From an uncultured delta proteobacterium (GTDB lineage: Bacteria > Myxococcota > Myxococcia > Myxococcales > Myxococcaceae), in NCBI GenBank assembly GCA_963771175.1, contig CAVYSY010000021.1, forward strand, positions 96,001 to 160,000: a stretch of 64,000 bases of DNA, given 5' to 3'. Below the pieces are notes generated by a model. The model worked only from the letters and a program-made list of their open reading frames with translations. It had not been told where the DNA came from and searched no databases. Shown here one piece after another: positions 9,659 to 20,769 of the stretch. The translations under genes and the position numbers were made by a program. Numbering within the stretch: position 1 is the stretch's first letter; each line of letters starts with the position of its first letter.

Positions 9659-10618
9659 ATGGATTCCATCTCGCCTCGCCTCATTCCATTGCCCAACGGT
9701 CTGCGCATGCAAGCACTGGAGGCTGGCCCCGTCGATGGGCCGCTCGTGCTGCTGCTGCATGGTTTCCCCGAGTCCTCCGAGAGCTGGCGCGACGTGCTCC
9801 CGCTGCTGGCCGAGGCCGGCTTCCGTGCCATCGCGCCGGACCTGCGGGGCTACGGGGGCACGGATCGGCCCAAGGAGGGTTACGACCTCGATACGCTGGC
9901 CAACGATGTCGTCGAGCTGGCCCGCTTCCTCCAGCCGGGGCGGCCCGTGCATCTCGTGGGGCACGACTGGGGCGGGATCATCGCCTACCACGTGGCCGCC
10001 ACCCACCCGGAGGTGGTGGACCGGCTGGCCGTCGTCAACGCCCCGCATCCGGCGGTGATGGCGCGCGGCATCTGGAGGCCCGCGCAGCTCGTGAGCTCCT
10101 GGTACATCTTCTTCTTCCAACTGCCGTTCCTTCCCGAGCGACTCATCTCCGCGCGCGGCGGCGCCCTGGTGCCGTACCTCATCCGCCGGGCGATGGTGGA
10201 CCCGGCGCGCGTGCCGCCGGGAAGGCTGGCGGAGTACGAGGCCAACTTCTCGTCGCTCGAGGCGGCGCGCACGGCCCTCGCGTACTACCGCCAGATATTC
10301 CGCCGCACCGTCAGCTTGCGCGGACTGCGCGAGATGAGGCGCTACCCGCGCATCCGCGCTCCCTTCCTGCTCATCTGGGGCGAGCAGGACGTCGCCCTGC
10401 GCAAGGACCTCACGAAGGGGCTGGAGCCGTACTTCGAGCGGCGGCCCACCGTGCATTACCTGCCCGAGGAGGGCCACTTCGTGCCGCTGGAGGCGCCGGA
10501 GAAGGTGGCGGCGCTCCTCCTCGAGCACTTCTCCGTGGCGCGTCCCGAGGAGGCCTGGGGCGAGGCGGCGCGCACGGGAAGGGAAGGGCACGAGGAGCGC
10601 CCACCGCCTCCGGCGTGA
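9659..10618 (+). CDS. Alpha/beta-fold hydrolase (epoxide hydrolase-like)
   Basis: LLHGFPE, APDLRGYG, GHDWGG, IWGEQD and GHFVPLE motifs. Confidence 0.92.
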   Translation: MDSISPRLIPLPNGLRMQALEAGPVDGPLVLLLHGFPESSESWRDVLPLLAEAGFRAIAPDLRGYGGTDRPKEGYDLDTLANDVVELARFLQPGRPVHLVGHDWGGIIAYHVAATHPEVVDRLAVVNAPHPAVMARGIWRPAQLVSSWYIFFFQLPFLPERLISARGGALVPYLIRRAMVDPARVPPGRLAEYEANFSSLEAARTALAYYRQIFRRTVSLRGLREMRRYPRIRAPFLLIWGEQDVALRKDLTKGLEPYFERRPTVHYLPEEGHFVPLEAPEKVAALLLEHFSVARPEEAWGEAARTGREGHEERPPPPA

Positions 10619-10865
10619 CGGGCCGGCGCGGGGCGAGACGCTCACTCCGTTTGATGACCCGCCGGATGGGCCCGTCCTTCATGGGGGCCAAGCGTACCAG
10701 AGCGGCCTCCGGTGGCCCCGCTCGGTGGGGTTCCAGACAGGCTGCCCGGTTCCAGACGCGCTGCACGGTGTTCGAGGGGGGTCCTCCATCCAGTGACTTG
10801 GCGCGAGCGGAGGGCCGTGCTTCAAATCCCCAGTGCATCCTCAAACTTCCGGGGGAGAACCCAAC

Positions 10866-11381
10866 ATGACGTCATCGAAGCGTTCGCCGTGGTCGCTGTC
10901 CCTGGTGCTGCTCGCCGTCGCCACCATCGCCACCGGGTGCGCGGCCGCCCGCCGGGAGGCCTACATCCAGGACAAGGCGATGCAGCACGTGTACCGCAAG
11001 CCCATCGCCGAGGTGTGGCCGCAGGTCCGGTCGATGCTGCAGGAGAAGGAGCTGCCGCTGCGCGAGGCTCCCGGTGCGTATGAGATCAGCACCGACTGGC
11101 AGATGGTGGGCGCGCCCTCGTCGCTGGGCACCGCCTACGTGCGCTACCTGGTGCGCGGCAAGCAGCCGACCCCGGCCATGTGCGCGGTGGAGATCTTCAA
11201 GCAGAACCGCACCGAGGCCGGCCAGGGTCCGATGGACGCGCAGACCGGCCAGCGCCGGGAGATCGGCACGGACACCACCAACATGACGCGCGACATGGAG
11301 CTGGAGTGGGAGCTGCTGCAGCGCGTGGACCCCGAGGGGGCCAAGGCGCTGCGCGAGGATGCCGAGAAGAGCATCAAGTAG
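10866..11381 (+). CDS. Hypothetical lipoprotein
   Basis: Lipobox IATGC; GGAG RBS upstream; GC3-biased frame. Confidence 0.75.
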   Translation: MTSSKRSPWSLSLVLLAVATIATGCAAARREAYIQDKAMQHVYRKPIAEVWPQVRSMLQEKELPLREAPGAYEISTDWQMVGAPSSLGTAYVRYLVRGKQPTPAMCAVEIFKQNRTEAGQGPMDAQTGQRREIGTDTTNMTRDMELEWELLQRVDPEGAKALREDAEKSIK

Positions 11382-11400
11382 CCCGAGCCGCCCCGAGCGC

Positions 11401-12327
11401 TCAATCGCGCAGGGGCAGCTCCACGGTGAGCCCGTCGAAAGCCACCTCGACGGGCCCCTTGAACTCCTCGCGGGCCTGCGTCGAGCAGCCGTGAGGGGTC
11501 GGTGTCGTGACGGCTGGACAGGTGCGTGAGGATGAGCCGCTTCGCGCCCGCCTCGCGCGCCACCTGCGCCGCCTCGCGCGCGGTCGAGTGCCGCGTCTCC
11601 TTCGCGCGCTCCTGCTCGTCGTCGGAGAAGGTGGACTCGTGGATGAGCAGGTCCGCGTCCTTCGCCGCCGCGCACCAGCGACTGGCACGGGCGGGTGTCG
11701 CCGCTGATGACCAGCCGCCGTCCGGGCCGCGGCGTCGCCCAGCACCTCCTCGGGATGGATGGTGCGGCCGTCCGGCAGCGTCACCGTCTCGCCGCGCTGG
11801 AGCTGTCCGAAGTCGGGCCCGGACGGAATCCCCATCGCCAGCGCCTGCTCCAGGTTGAACTTGCCCGGGCGCTCGTCCTCCTGCAGCACGTAGCCGAGCG
11901 CGTTGATGCGGTGGTCCACCCCCACCGCGTGCACCGTGTAGCCGCGCCGCTCCACCTTGTCGCCGTCGCGCAGCTCGTGATCTCCACGGGGAAGGCGAGC
12001 GACTCCACGCCCAGGTGCACCGCCTGGTGCAGCAGCCGCCGCGCCGGAGGCGGGCCGTAGAGCTGTCACGGCGTGCTCGCGCCCATTCATCCCCAGCGTG
12101 CGCAGGAAGCCGATGATTCCCAGGTAGTGGTCGGCGTGGAAGTGGGTGAAGAAGACGGCATCCACGGTGAACCCGGTGCCGAAGCGCACCATCTGCCGCT
12201 GGCTGCCCTCGCCGCAGTCGAAGAGGAGCAGGTCCGCGTCCGCCTTCACCGCCAACCCGGACAGGTTGCGGTGCAGCGTCGGCTGGGCGGCCGAGGTGCC
12301 GAGGAATGTGAGCCTGAGAATGGACAT
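11401..12327 (-). CDS. rnz: Ribonuclease Z (reading frame broken by several indels)
   Basis: LTFLGTSAAQPT, FDCGEGSQRQ, THFHADH, DADLLIHESTF, HST and LILTHLSSR motifs are spread over different frames, with shifts between ~11490 and ~12070. Confidence 0.9.
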   Translation of the reverse strand: MSILRLTFLGTSAAQPTLHRNLSGLAVKADADLLLFDCGEGSQRQMVRFGTGFTVDAVFFTHFHADHYLGIIGFLRTLGMNGREHAVTALRPASGAAAAAPGGAPGRGVARLPRGDHELRDGDKVERRGYTVHAVGVDHRINALGYVLQEDERPGKFNLEQALAMGIPSGPDFGQLQRGETVTLPDGRTIHPEEVLGDAAARTAAGHQRRHPPVPVAGARRRRTRTCSSTSPPSPTTSRSARRRRGTRPRARRRRWRARRARSGSSSRTCPAVTTPTPHGCSTQAREEFKGPVEVAFDGLTVELPLRD

Positions 12328-12459
12328 GCGGCGCTGCCCACGATGGAAGTCCCTCCCGCGCAGCGTCCGTGCGCTGGCGACATGCCCCATGTACCACGAG
12401 GTTGACGCCGGGGCGCTTCCCCCTCTGACGCCGGGTGCGCTATGAGGCGCCGCCCCGAC

Positions 12460-13152
<693 letters not shown>

Positions 13153-13211
13153 CGGACCGGGTTGCCAGACAGTTCTTCTTAAGTGTTGAATAAGTAACGA
13201 ATGTCAGATTC

Positions 13212-13261
13212 CTGACCCGTGATTCAGAAACCCCCCTGGCGGTTTCTGACCAGCGGGTTAG
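13212..13261. promoter_or_regulatory. Two imperfect palindromes (CTGACC-N4-GGTCAG-like), candidate TetR operators
   Basis: CTGACCcgtgATTCAG (13212-13227) and CTGACCagcgGGTTAG (13246-13261) lie in an AT-richer region directly upstream of the tetR ATG. Confidence 0.6.
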
Positions 13262-13274
13262 TAATGCGCGCGTC

Positions 13275-14042
13275 ATGGCCCGTCCCGCCGACCCCCACGC
13301 TCGCGCCGCGCTCAGCTCCGCCGCCCGGGCGGAGTTCGTGAAGAAGGGCATCCGTGGGGCGCGCATCGAGGACATCACCGCCGCGTGTGGCCTCTCCAAG
13401 GGCGCCTTCTACCTGCACTACGCCTCCAAGGAGGCCCTCTTCAGCGAGGTGGTGGGCGAGTTCCTGGGGGCCATGGACCGGGTCATCGTCCAGCGGCTGG
13501 AGCGCACGGAGCGGTTCTTCGCCGAGCACGGCCCGCTGGAGGCGAGCGACGTGGCCCAGCGCTCCGAGCGCTACGAGAGCCTGGTGGCGATGAACGCCGA
13601 GGGCGACCTGCGGACGCTGGAGTTGATGTGGGCCTACCGCGACGTGATGCACGTCCTCATGCGCGGCAGCCAGGGCACCGACTTCGAGTCGGTGATGTGG
13701 GGCATGGTGGACCGCGAGGTGGCGCGGGTGTCGCAGGAGTTTCAGCGGGCGCAGGCCAACCAGGCGTGCCGCTCGGACGTGCCTCCCGCGGTCATCGGCT
13801 CGCTCATCGTCGGCACGTACCTGCTGCTGGCGCAGCAGATGAGCCAGATGGAGCAGAAGCCGGACCTGTCGGCCTGGGCCAGCTCGCTCCACCGCCTCAT
13901 CCGCGAGGGCAGCCTGCCGCCCGGCTTCACCGCCGTGCGCGCGTTCGGGGCCGCGCCCGCACCGAAGAAGAAGACTTCCCCGCGTCGGCCCAAGGCCCGC
14001 GCGCTCTCTCGTACCCGTAACACCTCGAGGTCAGGATCGTGA
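13275..14042 (+). CDS. TetR/AcrR-family transcriptional regulator
   Basis: AARAEFVKKG...ARIEDITAACGLSKGAFYLHYASKEALF helix-turn-helix. Confidence 0.93.
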   Translation: MARPADPHARAALSSAARAEFVKKGIRGARIEDITAACGLSKGAFYLHYASKEALFSEVVGEFLGAMDRVIVQRLERTERFFAEHGPLEASDVAQRSERYESLVAMNAEGDLRTLELMWAYRDVMHVLMRGSQGTDFESVMWGMVDREVARVSQEFQRAQANQACRSDVPPAVIGSLIVGTYLLLAQQMSQMEQKPDLSAWASSLHRLIREGSLPPGFTAVRAFGAAPAPKKKTSPRRPKARALSRTRNTSRSGS

Positions 14043-15142
14043 AACTCTCCAGGACGCCCTTCGTCGCCGGGCTCGCCGCCGTGGGCGTGGCCGCCGCGGT
14101 GCTTCCCTTCTCCGGCTGCAAGGGGGACGCCACCCCGCCCGCCGCCGCCAAGGCCGCCACCGCGCAGGAGATGCCCACGGTGACGCTCGTCACTCCCAAC
14201 CCGGTGCAGGCCGCGCCGCGCGAGGAGGTGACGGGCACGCTCTTCCCCGCCCAGGCCCTCCAGGTGGGCTTCGAGGTGGGTGGCCGCCTGGAGAAGGTGC
14301 GCGTGAAGAAGGGCCAGACGGTGCAGGAGGGCCAGGTGCTCGCGCAGCTCAACGCGGAGATCTCCGACGCGCAGCTCGCCCAGGCCCAGGCCGCGGTGGC
14401 CGCCGCCGAGGTGGGTGCCTCCATGGCCACCGACGTGGCCGGACGCAACTCGAAGCTGCAGCAGCAGGGCAACGTGAGCGACCTGCAGAACCTCACCACC
14501 ACCACCCAGGCGAAGCAGGCCGAGGCGCAGCTCCTCGCCGCCAAGGCGCAGCTCGCCCAGGCGCAGGCGGGCCGCCGCAAGCACGACCTGAAGGTGCCCT
14601 TCTCCGGCACCGTCGTCGACGCGCCCGAGCAGGTGGGCGCCATCGTGGGCCCGGGCGTGCCCCTCTTCGGGGTGGAGAACCTGGAGACGCTGCTGCTGAA
14701 GACGACGGTGGCCGAGTCCGCGCGGGCTCGCCTCAAGCCGGGCACCCAGGTGCGCGTGGAGGTCATCGGTGGCGGCGCCTCCACGGACGAGGCCGTCATC
14801 CGCACCATCATCTCCTCGGCGGACGGGGCCACGCGCCGCATCCCGGTGGACATCCTGGTGCCCAACAAGGACGGCCGCTTCGTGGCCAACACCCTGGCGC
14901 GCGTCATCCTCCCCATGGGCGAGACGCAGGAGGCCCAGTCCATCCCGGTCTCCGCGCTGTCCTCTTCCGGCGGTGACCACGTCCTCGTGGTGGGCACCTC
15001 CAGCGAGGTGCGCCGCGTGGACGTGCAGGTGCTGGAGCGCCGCATGCGCGAGGTGGTGGTGAAGGCCGCCGCCCCGCTGGACAAGGTCGTCGAATTCCCC
15101 ACGCCGGCCCTCTCCGAGGGCACTCGCGTCTCCGTGAAGTAA
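14039..15142 (+). CDS. RND efflux periplasmic adaptor (MFP) lipoprotein
   Basis: VGGRLEKVRVKKGQTVQEGQVLA lipoyl half, helical hairpin, KVPFSGTV; lipobox FSGC; GTGA overlap with tetR. Confidence 0.92.
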   Translation: MKLSRTPFVAGLAAVGVAAAVLPFSGCKGDATPPAAAKAATAQEMPTVTLVTPNPVQAAPREEVTGTLFPAQALQVGFEVGGRLEKVRVKKGQTVQEGQVLAQLNAEISDAQLAQAQAAVAAAEVGASMATDVAGRNSKLQQQGNVSDLQNLTTTTQAKQAEAQLLAAKAQLAQAQAGRRKHDLKVPFSGTVVDAPEQVGAIVGPGVPLFGVENLETLLLKTTVAESARARLKPGTQVRVEVIGGGASTDEAVIRTIISSADGATRRIPVDILVPNKDGRFVANTLARVILPMGETQEAQSIPVSALSSSGGDHVLVVGTSSEVRRVDVQVLERRMREVVVKAAAPLDKVVEFPTPALSEGTRVSVK

Positions 15143-15174
15143 TCCCCGCCGCACGATTCCAGGGCGTCCCCCCC

Positions 15175-18100
15175 ATGCTCCTCAGCGACGTCTCCATTCG
15201 CCGGCCGGTCTTCACGGCCATGCTGTCCTTCTGCCTCATCGTGCTCGGGGTGATGGGCTACACCCGCCTGGGCACCGATCTCTTCCCGGACGTCACCTTC
15301 CCGGTGGTGGTGGTCAACACCGTCTACCGGGGCGCGGGCCCCGGTGAGATCGAGACCCAGGTGATCAAGCCGATCGAGGACGCGGTCGCGGGCATCAGCG
15401 GCGTGGACAAGATCCACTCCTCGAGCCGCGAGAACGTCGGCATGGTGGTGGTGCAGTTCAAGCTGTCCGTCGACCTGGACCAAGCGGTGCAGGAGGTGCG
15501 CGACAAGGTGCTCGGGCATCGCCAACAAGCTGCCGCAGGACGCGGATTCGCCCGGTGGTGGGCCGCGTGGACATCGCCGCGGTGCCCGTCCTCACCTACG
15601 CGGCGAGCGCGCAGGTGGACTCGCGCACGGTGCGCAAGATCATCGAGGACAAGCTCAAGCCCTCGCTGGCGCAGCTCGAGGGCGTGGCGGACGTGCGCAT
15701 CAACGGCGGCGACGTGCGCGAAGATCCAGGTGGACGTCGACCTGGACAAGGCGCGCGCGGTGGGCGTGTCCGTGATGGACCTGGCCCAGCGCATCGGCAT
15801 GGAGAACCTGGACCTGCCGGCGGGCCGGTTGCAGCTGGGGCCCACCGAGCTGACGGTGCGCTCGCTGGGGCAGTTCAAGAACGTGGAGGAGCTGCGCCAG
15901 CTCCCGGTGGCCCAGAGCCGCACGGGCGCCCAGGTGCGGCTGGAGGAGATCGCCACCGTCACCGACGGGGTGGTCGAGCGGCGCACCATGGCGCGCCTCA
16001 ACGGCGCGGACGCGGTCATCCTCGAGGTCATCAAGCAGCCCGGCTCCAACACCGTGGCGGTGAGCGACGCGGTGAAGAAGGCGATGGGCAAGCTGGTGCC
16101 CGCCTTGGGCCACGGCTTCCAGACCCGGCTGCTCATCGACCAGTCGGTGGACATCCGCGAGAACGCCCACGAGGTGTGGGTCGCCCTCGTCTTCGGCGGC
16201 GCGATGGCGGTGCTCATCATCCTGGTGTTCCTGTTGGATCCTCGCGGCACCTTCATCTCCTCGTTGGCGCTGCCCACCTCCGTCATCGGCACCTTCTTCG
16301 TGATGTACGTGCTGGACTACACGCTCAACCAGATGACGCTGCTGGCGCTGTCGCTGGCCATCGGTCTGCTCATCGACGACGCGGTGGTGGTGCGCGAGGC
16401 CATCACCCACCGCCTGGAGCAGGGCGAGGATCCGGTGAGCGCGGCCTCCAATGGCACCAAGGACGTGGGACTGGCGGTGCTCGCCACCACGTTCGCCCTG
16501 GTGGCGGTGTTCGTCCCGGTGGCCTTCATGCCGGGCATGGTGGGCCAGTTCTTCCAGCAGTTCGGCATCACCATCTCGATGGCGGTGCTCATCTCGCTGT
16601 TCATCTCCTTCACGTTGGACCCGATGCTGTCCGCGCGTCTGGCGAAGCAGCGGCAGGTGGGCGAGCACCACCAGGAGAACGCGGTGGCCAGCGCCATCCG
16701 CCGCTTCCTGGACGGCAGCGAGCGCGTCTACTCGGACATCCTGCGCTGGGTGCTCGACCACAAGTGGCTCACCACGGGCATCACCGTGGGGGTGATGGTG
16801 GTGTCCTTCGGGGCCGCCAGCCGCCTGGGCATGGAGTTCATCTCGGCCGAGGACCGCTCGCAGTTCATCGTGCAGCTCATCCTGCCCGACGCCTCCAGCC
16901 TGGAGCAGACGAGGGTGCGCGTGGCGGAGGCCGAGAAGCTCCTCAAGGGCATCCCCGAGGTGACGGACGTCTACGCCATCGTGGGTGAGAACGGCGATGT
17001 GAACAAGGCGCGCATCCGTGTGCTCACCAAGGACAAGCAGTCGCGCGAGCGGGGCATCCAGGCCCTCAAGGAGGAGGCCCGCGCGCTGCTCACCCCGGCG
17101 CTGCCCGCCACCCGCATCAACCTGCAGGACCTGCCCATCATCGAGGGCCTGGGCGGCGACTTCTTCCCCATCATGGTGCGCGTCATCGGCCCGGAGCTGG
17201 ACGACCGATCCACCAGGAGGCCGAGCGCATCGCCCAGATTCTGCGCGACATCCCGGGCACCGCGCGACGTGCGGGTGGAGTTCAATCCGCCCAAGCCGGA
17301 GCTGACCATCGAGATGGACCGGGCGCGCGCCAAGGACCTGGGCGTGAGCGCCGCGGCCATCGGCCATGCAGCTGCGCCTGGCCATCGGCGGTGACGTGGC
17401 CGCCAAGCTGCGCGAGGGCGTCGACGAGACGGACATCCGCGTGCGCCTGAGCGAGCGCGACCGCGCCACCCCCGAGCGCGTGCGGCGATCAGCTCGCCAC
17501 GCCCAAGGGGCTCGTCCCGGTGACGGACGTGGCGAAGGTGGAGCTGCGCGACGGGCCGAGCGTCATCGAGCACGAGAACCGCGAGCGGCAGATCGCCATC
17601 TTCTCCCAGCTCAAGGCGCCCCGCTGGGTGACGTGGCCAGCGAAGCTCAAGGCAGAAGCTTGGCCGAGCAGCCGCTGCCCCGGGCTACTCGCTCATCTAC
17701 GACGGGCAGATGAAGATGCTGACCGAGCAGAACGATCGCCTTCAGCCCGCGTTCGTGCTCGCCTTCGTCTTCATCTACATGGTGCTCGCCACCCAGTTCG
17801 AGAGCTTCAAGCACCCCTTCACCATCATGGTGTCGCTGCCGCTGGCGCTGGTGGGCGCGCTGCTGGCGCCTGTTCGTCACCGGCTACCACCGTGTCCATG
17901 GGCGCGATGATCGGCATCATCCTGTTGATGGGCCTGGTGACCAAGAACGCCATCCTCCTGGTGGACGGCGCGCTGCAGTACCTGCGCGAGGGCGCCACGG
18001 TGGACGAGGCGCTGCTGAAGGCCGGCCCGCGCCGCTGCGCCCCATCCTCATGACCGAGCGCCGCCATGGCCATCGGCATGGTGCCCACCGCCATCGGCAA

Positions 18101-18308
18101 GGGCGTGGGCTCCGAGTTCCGCGCCCCCATGGCCATCGCCGTCATCGGCGGCGTCATCACCTCCACCTTCCTCACGCTCCTGGTGGTGCCGGTGGTGTTC
18201 GCGGCCATGGAGCGGCTGGGCTTCTCCAAGCGAGCCCAGAAGAAGGACGTGACTCCGGTCACGCCCTCCCAGGAGTCCCAGGAGCAGCAGCCCGGCCGCG
18301 CCGCCTGA
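15175..18308 (+). CDS. RND efflux permease (AcrB/HAE1 family), frameshifted
   Basis: [42 protein letters not shown] and [11 protein letters not shown] motifs across frames; indels near 15515-15720 and 17200-18060. Confidence 0.9.
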
Positions 18309-18358
18309 GCGGCCCCCGGGCGCTGCCCCCTTCCCCGTTCCTTCGAGTCACGCACCTC

Positions 18359-19813
18359 ATGAGCCTCCGAATCGTCGCCGGGTCCGCCCGGCGTCCCCTC
18401 TCCCTCGTCCTCCTCGCCGCCCTCTCGCCGCTCGGCGCGCTCGCCCAGGCGCCCGCCTCCACTCCCCAGCAGGCTCCCGCCGCGCAGCCTGGCCCGGCGG
18501 CGGCTCCCGCTCCCGGCACGCTCCGCACGGTGACGCTGCAGGAGGCGCTCTCTCTCGCCGCGAAGCAGGGCCCGGACGTGGCCGCTGCCCGCGCCCAGGC
18601 CGCCGTGGCCGCCGCCGGAGTCCGCCGCGCCTGGACGGCCTGGCAGCCCGAGGTGACGCTCAGCGGCCAGTTCGTCCACACCAGCGCTCCGGCCACGCTG
18701 GACCTCGGCGGCTTCGTCCAGCTCGTGGGGGGCGTGTACCAGCTCCAGCCGGTGAACCCGGGCATCATCCCGCCGCCCGTCGCCATCTCGGCGGAGAACT
18801 CGCGCTACGCGACGGCTCAAATCTCCCAGCCCCTCTTCACCCCGGCCGGTGTCTTCCTCATCGGCCCGGCGAAGGCGGGCGCGGAGGCGGCGGAGCTGGG
18901 CGCCCTGGAGGCTCGCGAGCAGGTGCTGCTGGCGGTGGCTCGCACCTACCTGGGGTTGGAGGGCATCTCGGGGATGATGGACGCGGCGCGAGAGGCGGAG
19001 CAGGTGGCCCTCCAGCGTGAGCGCGAGTCCAAGGCGCAGCTCGACGTGGGCATGACGGTGGAGGCGGCGCTGCTGCGGGCCCAGGCGGAGACGGCCCAGG
19101 CGCGCGTGCAGCTCGCGCAGCTCTCCGGCCAGTACGTGCAGCTCCAGGCGATGTTGGGCGCGCTGGTGGGCGAGCCGGTGCAGCCGGCCCCGCTGGAGAC
19201 CCCCGGTCCCCGGTGGGAGATTCCCTCCGACGACCAGAGCCCCTGGGACGACACCTACGCGGTGCGCTCGGCCGCGAAGGCGGTGAAGGCCAACGAGGGC
19301 AAGGTGACGTACGACCGGTTCTCGTGGCTGCCGAGCGTGGCCGCCATCGCCAAGGGCAACTACAACTCCAACACCGGCTTCACCGGGCAGACGATGACCT
19401 ACGACCTCATCCTGGCGGCCTCCATGCCGCTGTACGACCGGGGGCAGCGCTACGCGGCGCTCCGCGAGGACGAGGCCCGGCTGGCGCAGGCCAGGGCTCA
19501 GTATGAGTCGGCGCGCGCCAGGTCCCGCGCGAACTGGGTGGCGGCGAAGGCCAATGTGGAGGCTGCCGAGGCCGCGCTGGCCCAGGCCGAGGCCCAGGCG
19601 CAGCTCGCGGCCCGGGTGCAGCAGCAGGTGGCGGCGGCCTACAAGGCTGGGATGTCCACCAGCCTGGAGATGTCGGACGCGGACACGCGGCGCTTCCTCG
19701 CCGCCAGCGCCGCGGCCCAGTCCCGGGCCATGCTGGAAATCCGCCGGGCGGAGCTGGCCGGCGCGGCGGGACGCATCGCCGCCTCGCTCGAGCAGGAGCA
19801 GCAGACGGAGTGA
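18359..19813 (+). CDS. TolC-family outer-membrane efflux protein
   Basis: Signal peptide, LTLQEAL-like start (VTLQEAL), VARTYL, SMPLYDRG and YKAGMSTSLE repeats; located in the RND operon. Confidence 0.88.
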   Translation: MSLRIVAGSARRPLSLVLLAALSPLGALAQAPASTPQQAPAAQPGPAAAPAPGTLRTVTLQEALSLAAKQGPDVAAARAQAAVAAAGVRRAWTAWQPEVTLSGQFVHTSAPATLDLGGFVQLVGGVYQLQPVNPGIIPPPVAISAENSRYATAQISQPLFTPAGVFLIGPAKAGAEAAELGALEAREQVLLAVARTYLGLEGISGMMDAAREAEQVALQRERESKAQLDVGMTVEAALLRAQAETAQARVQLAQLSGQYVQLQAMLGALVGEPVQPAPLETPGPRWEIPSDDQSPWDDTYAVRSAAKAVKANEGKVTYDRFSWLPSVAAIAKGNYNSNTGFTGQTMTYDLILAASMPLYDRGQRYAALREDEARLAQARAQYESARARSRANWVAAKANVEAAEAALAQAEAQAQLAARVQQQVAAAYKAGMSTSLEMSDADTRRFLAASAAAQSRAMLEIRRAELAGAAGRIAASLEQEQQTE

Positions 19814-20298
19814 GCGCGGGCGAGGCGCCAGCTCCGGGGCTGCTCGCGGTGGACCTCGGGCTGCGCTCGGGGCTGGCCCTGTACGGCCCCGACGGAAGGC
19901 TGCGCTGGTATCGCTCGCAGAACTTCGGCTCGCAGTCCCGGCTCAAGCGCGCGGTGCCCGCGGTGCTGCACTCGGCCGGGCCGCTCGCGTGGCTGGTGCT
20001 GGAGGGTGGGGGACCCATCGCCGACGTGTGGGAGCGCGAGGCCGCACGGCGGGCCCTCCCCGTGCTGCGGGTATCCGCCCAGGACTGGCGTGCCCGGCTC
20101 CTCTATGCCCGCGAGCAGCGCAGTGGTGGGCTCGCGAAGGATGCGGCGGATGGGCTCGCGCGCCGGGTCATCGAGTGGTCCGGCGCGCCCCGGCCCACCT
20201 CGCTGCGACACGACGCGGCCGAGGCCGTGCTGCTCGGGCTGTGGGCCGCGCTGGAGGTGGGGTGGTTGGCGCAGGTGCCTCCCGAGGTGCGGCGGTAG
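19810..20298 (+). CDS. Hypothetical protein, RNase H-like (RuvC/YqgF-like) fold
   Basis: LLAVDLGLRSGLALY, LVLEGG and HDAAEAVLLG mirror the RuvC-type acidic layout; GTGA overlap with tolC. Confidence 0.6.
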   Translation: MSAGEAPAPGLLAVDLGLRSGLALYGPDGRLRWYRSQNFGSQSRLKRAVPAVLHSAGPLAWLVLEGGGPIADVWEREAARRALPVLRVSAQDWRARLLYAREQRSGGLAKDAADGLARRVIEWSGAPRPTSLRHDAAEAVLLGLWAALEVGWLAQVPPEVRR

Positions 20299-20380
20299 GA
20301 CGTCCTGACGTCAGGCGCGCTTGGAGCTCTCTCCCGTCACGACCGATGACACGGGGCAGGGGAGGCAGTCGCATGCGCGC

Positions 20381-20417
20381 AAAAAGAAAGAGCCCGACCC
20401 CAGACGAGGTCGGGCTC
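20381..20417 (-). terminator. Rho-independent terminator of csp
   Basis: 10-bp stem GAGCCCGACC/GGTCGGGCTC followed on the minus strand by TTTCTTTTT. Confidence 0.85.
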
Positions 20418-20439
20418 CAGGAATCATCAGTGTTGCGGA

Positions 20440-20646
20440 CTAGCTGGCCGCGCGGACGTTCTGCGCCTGCAGGCCCTTGGGGCCCTTGGTCACTTCGAAC
20501 TCCACGCGCTGACCCTCGGCCAGGGTGCGGAAGCCATCCATGTTGATGGCCGTGTGGTGGCAGAACACGTCCTCACCACCGCCGTCCTGCGTGATGAACC
20601 CGAAGCCCTTCGCATCGTTGAACCACTTGACAGTACCAGTTGCCAT
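20440..20646 (-). CDS. csp: Cold-shock protein (CspA family)
   Basis: [18 protein letters not shown] with VFCH RNP motifs. Confidence 0.97.
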   Translation of the reverse strand: MATGTVKWFNDAKGFGFITQDGGGEDVFCHHTAINMDGFRTLAEGQRVEFEVTKGPKGLQAQNVRAAS

Positions 20647-20769
20647 GAATCGTTCTTCTTTCGTTACAGGCGGCGCCCGCCGCCTCTCGGCTCGGACTTG
20701 AGCCGGGGTCTAAATGCGTAGTCCGTCCGCTCTCGAATGTCGAGTGGTCGTCCCCCCGAAGTGTTCAGT

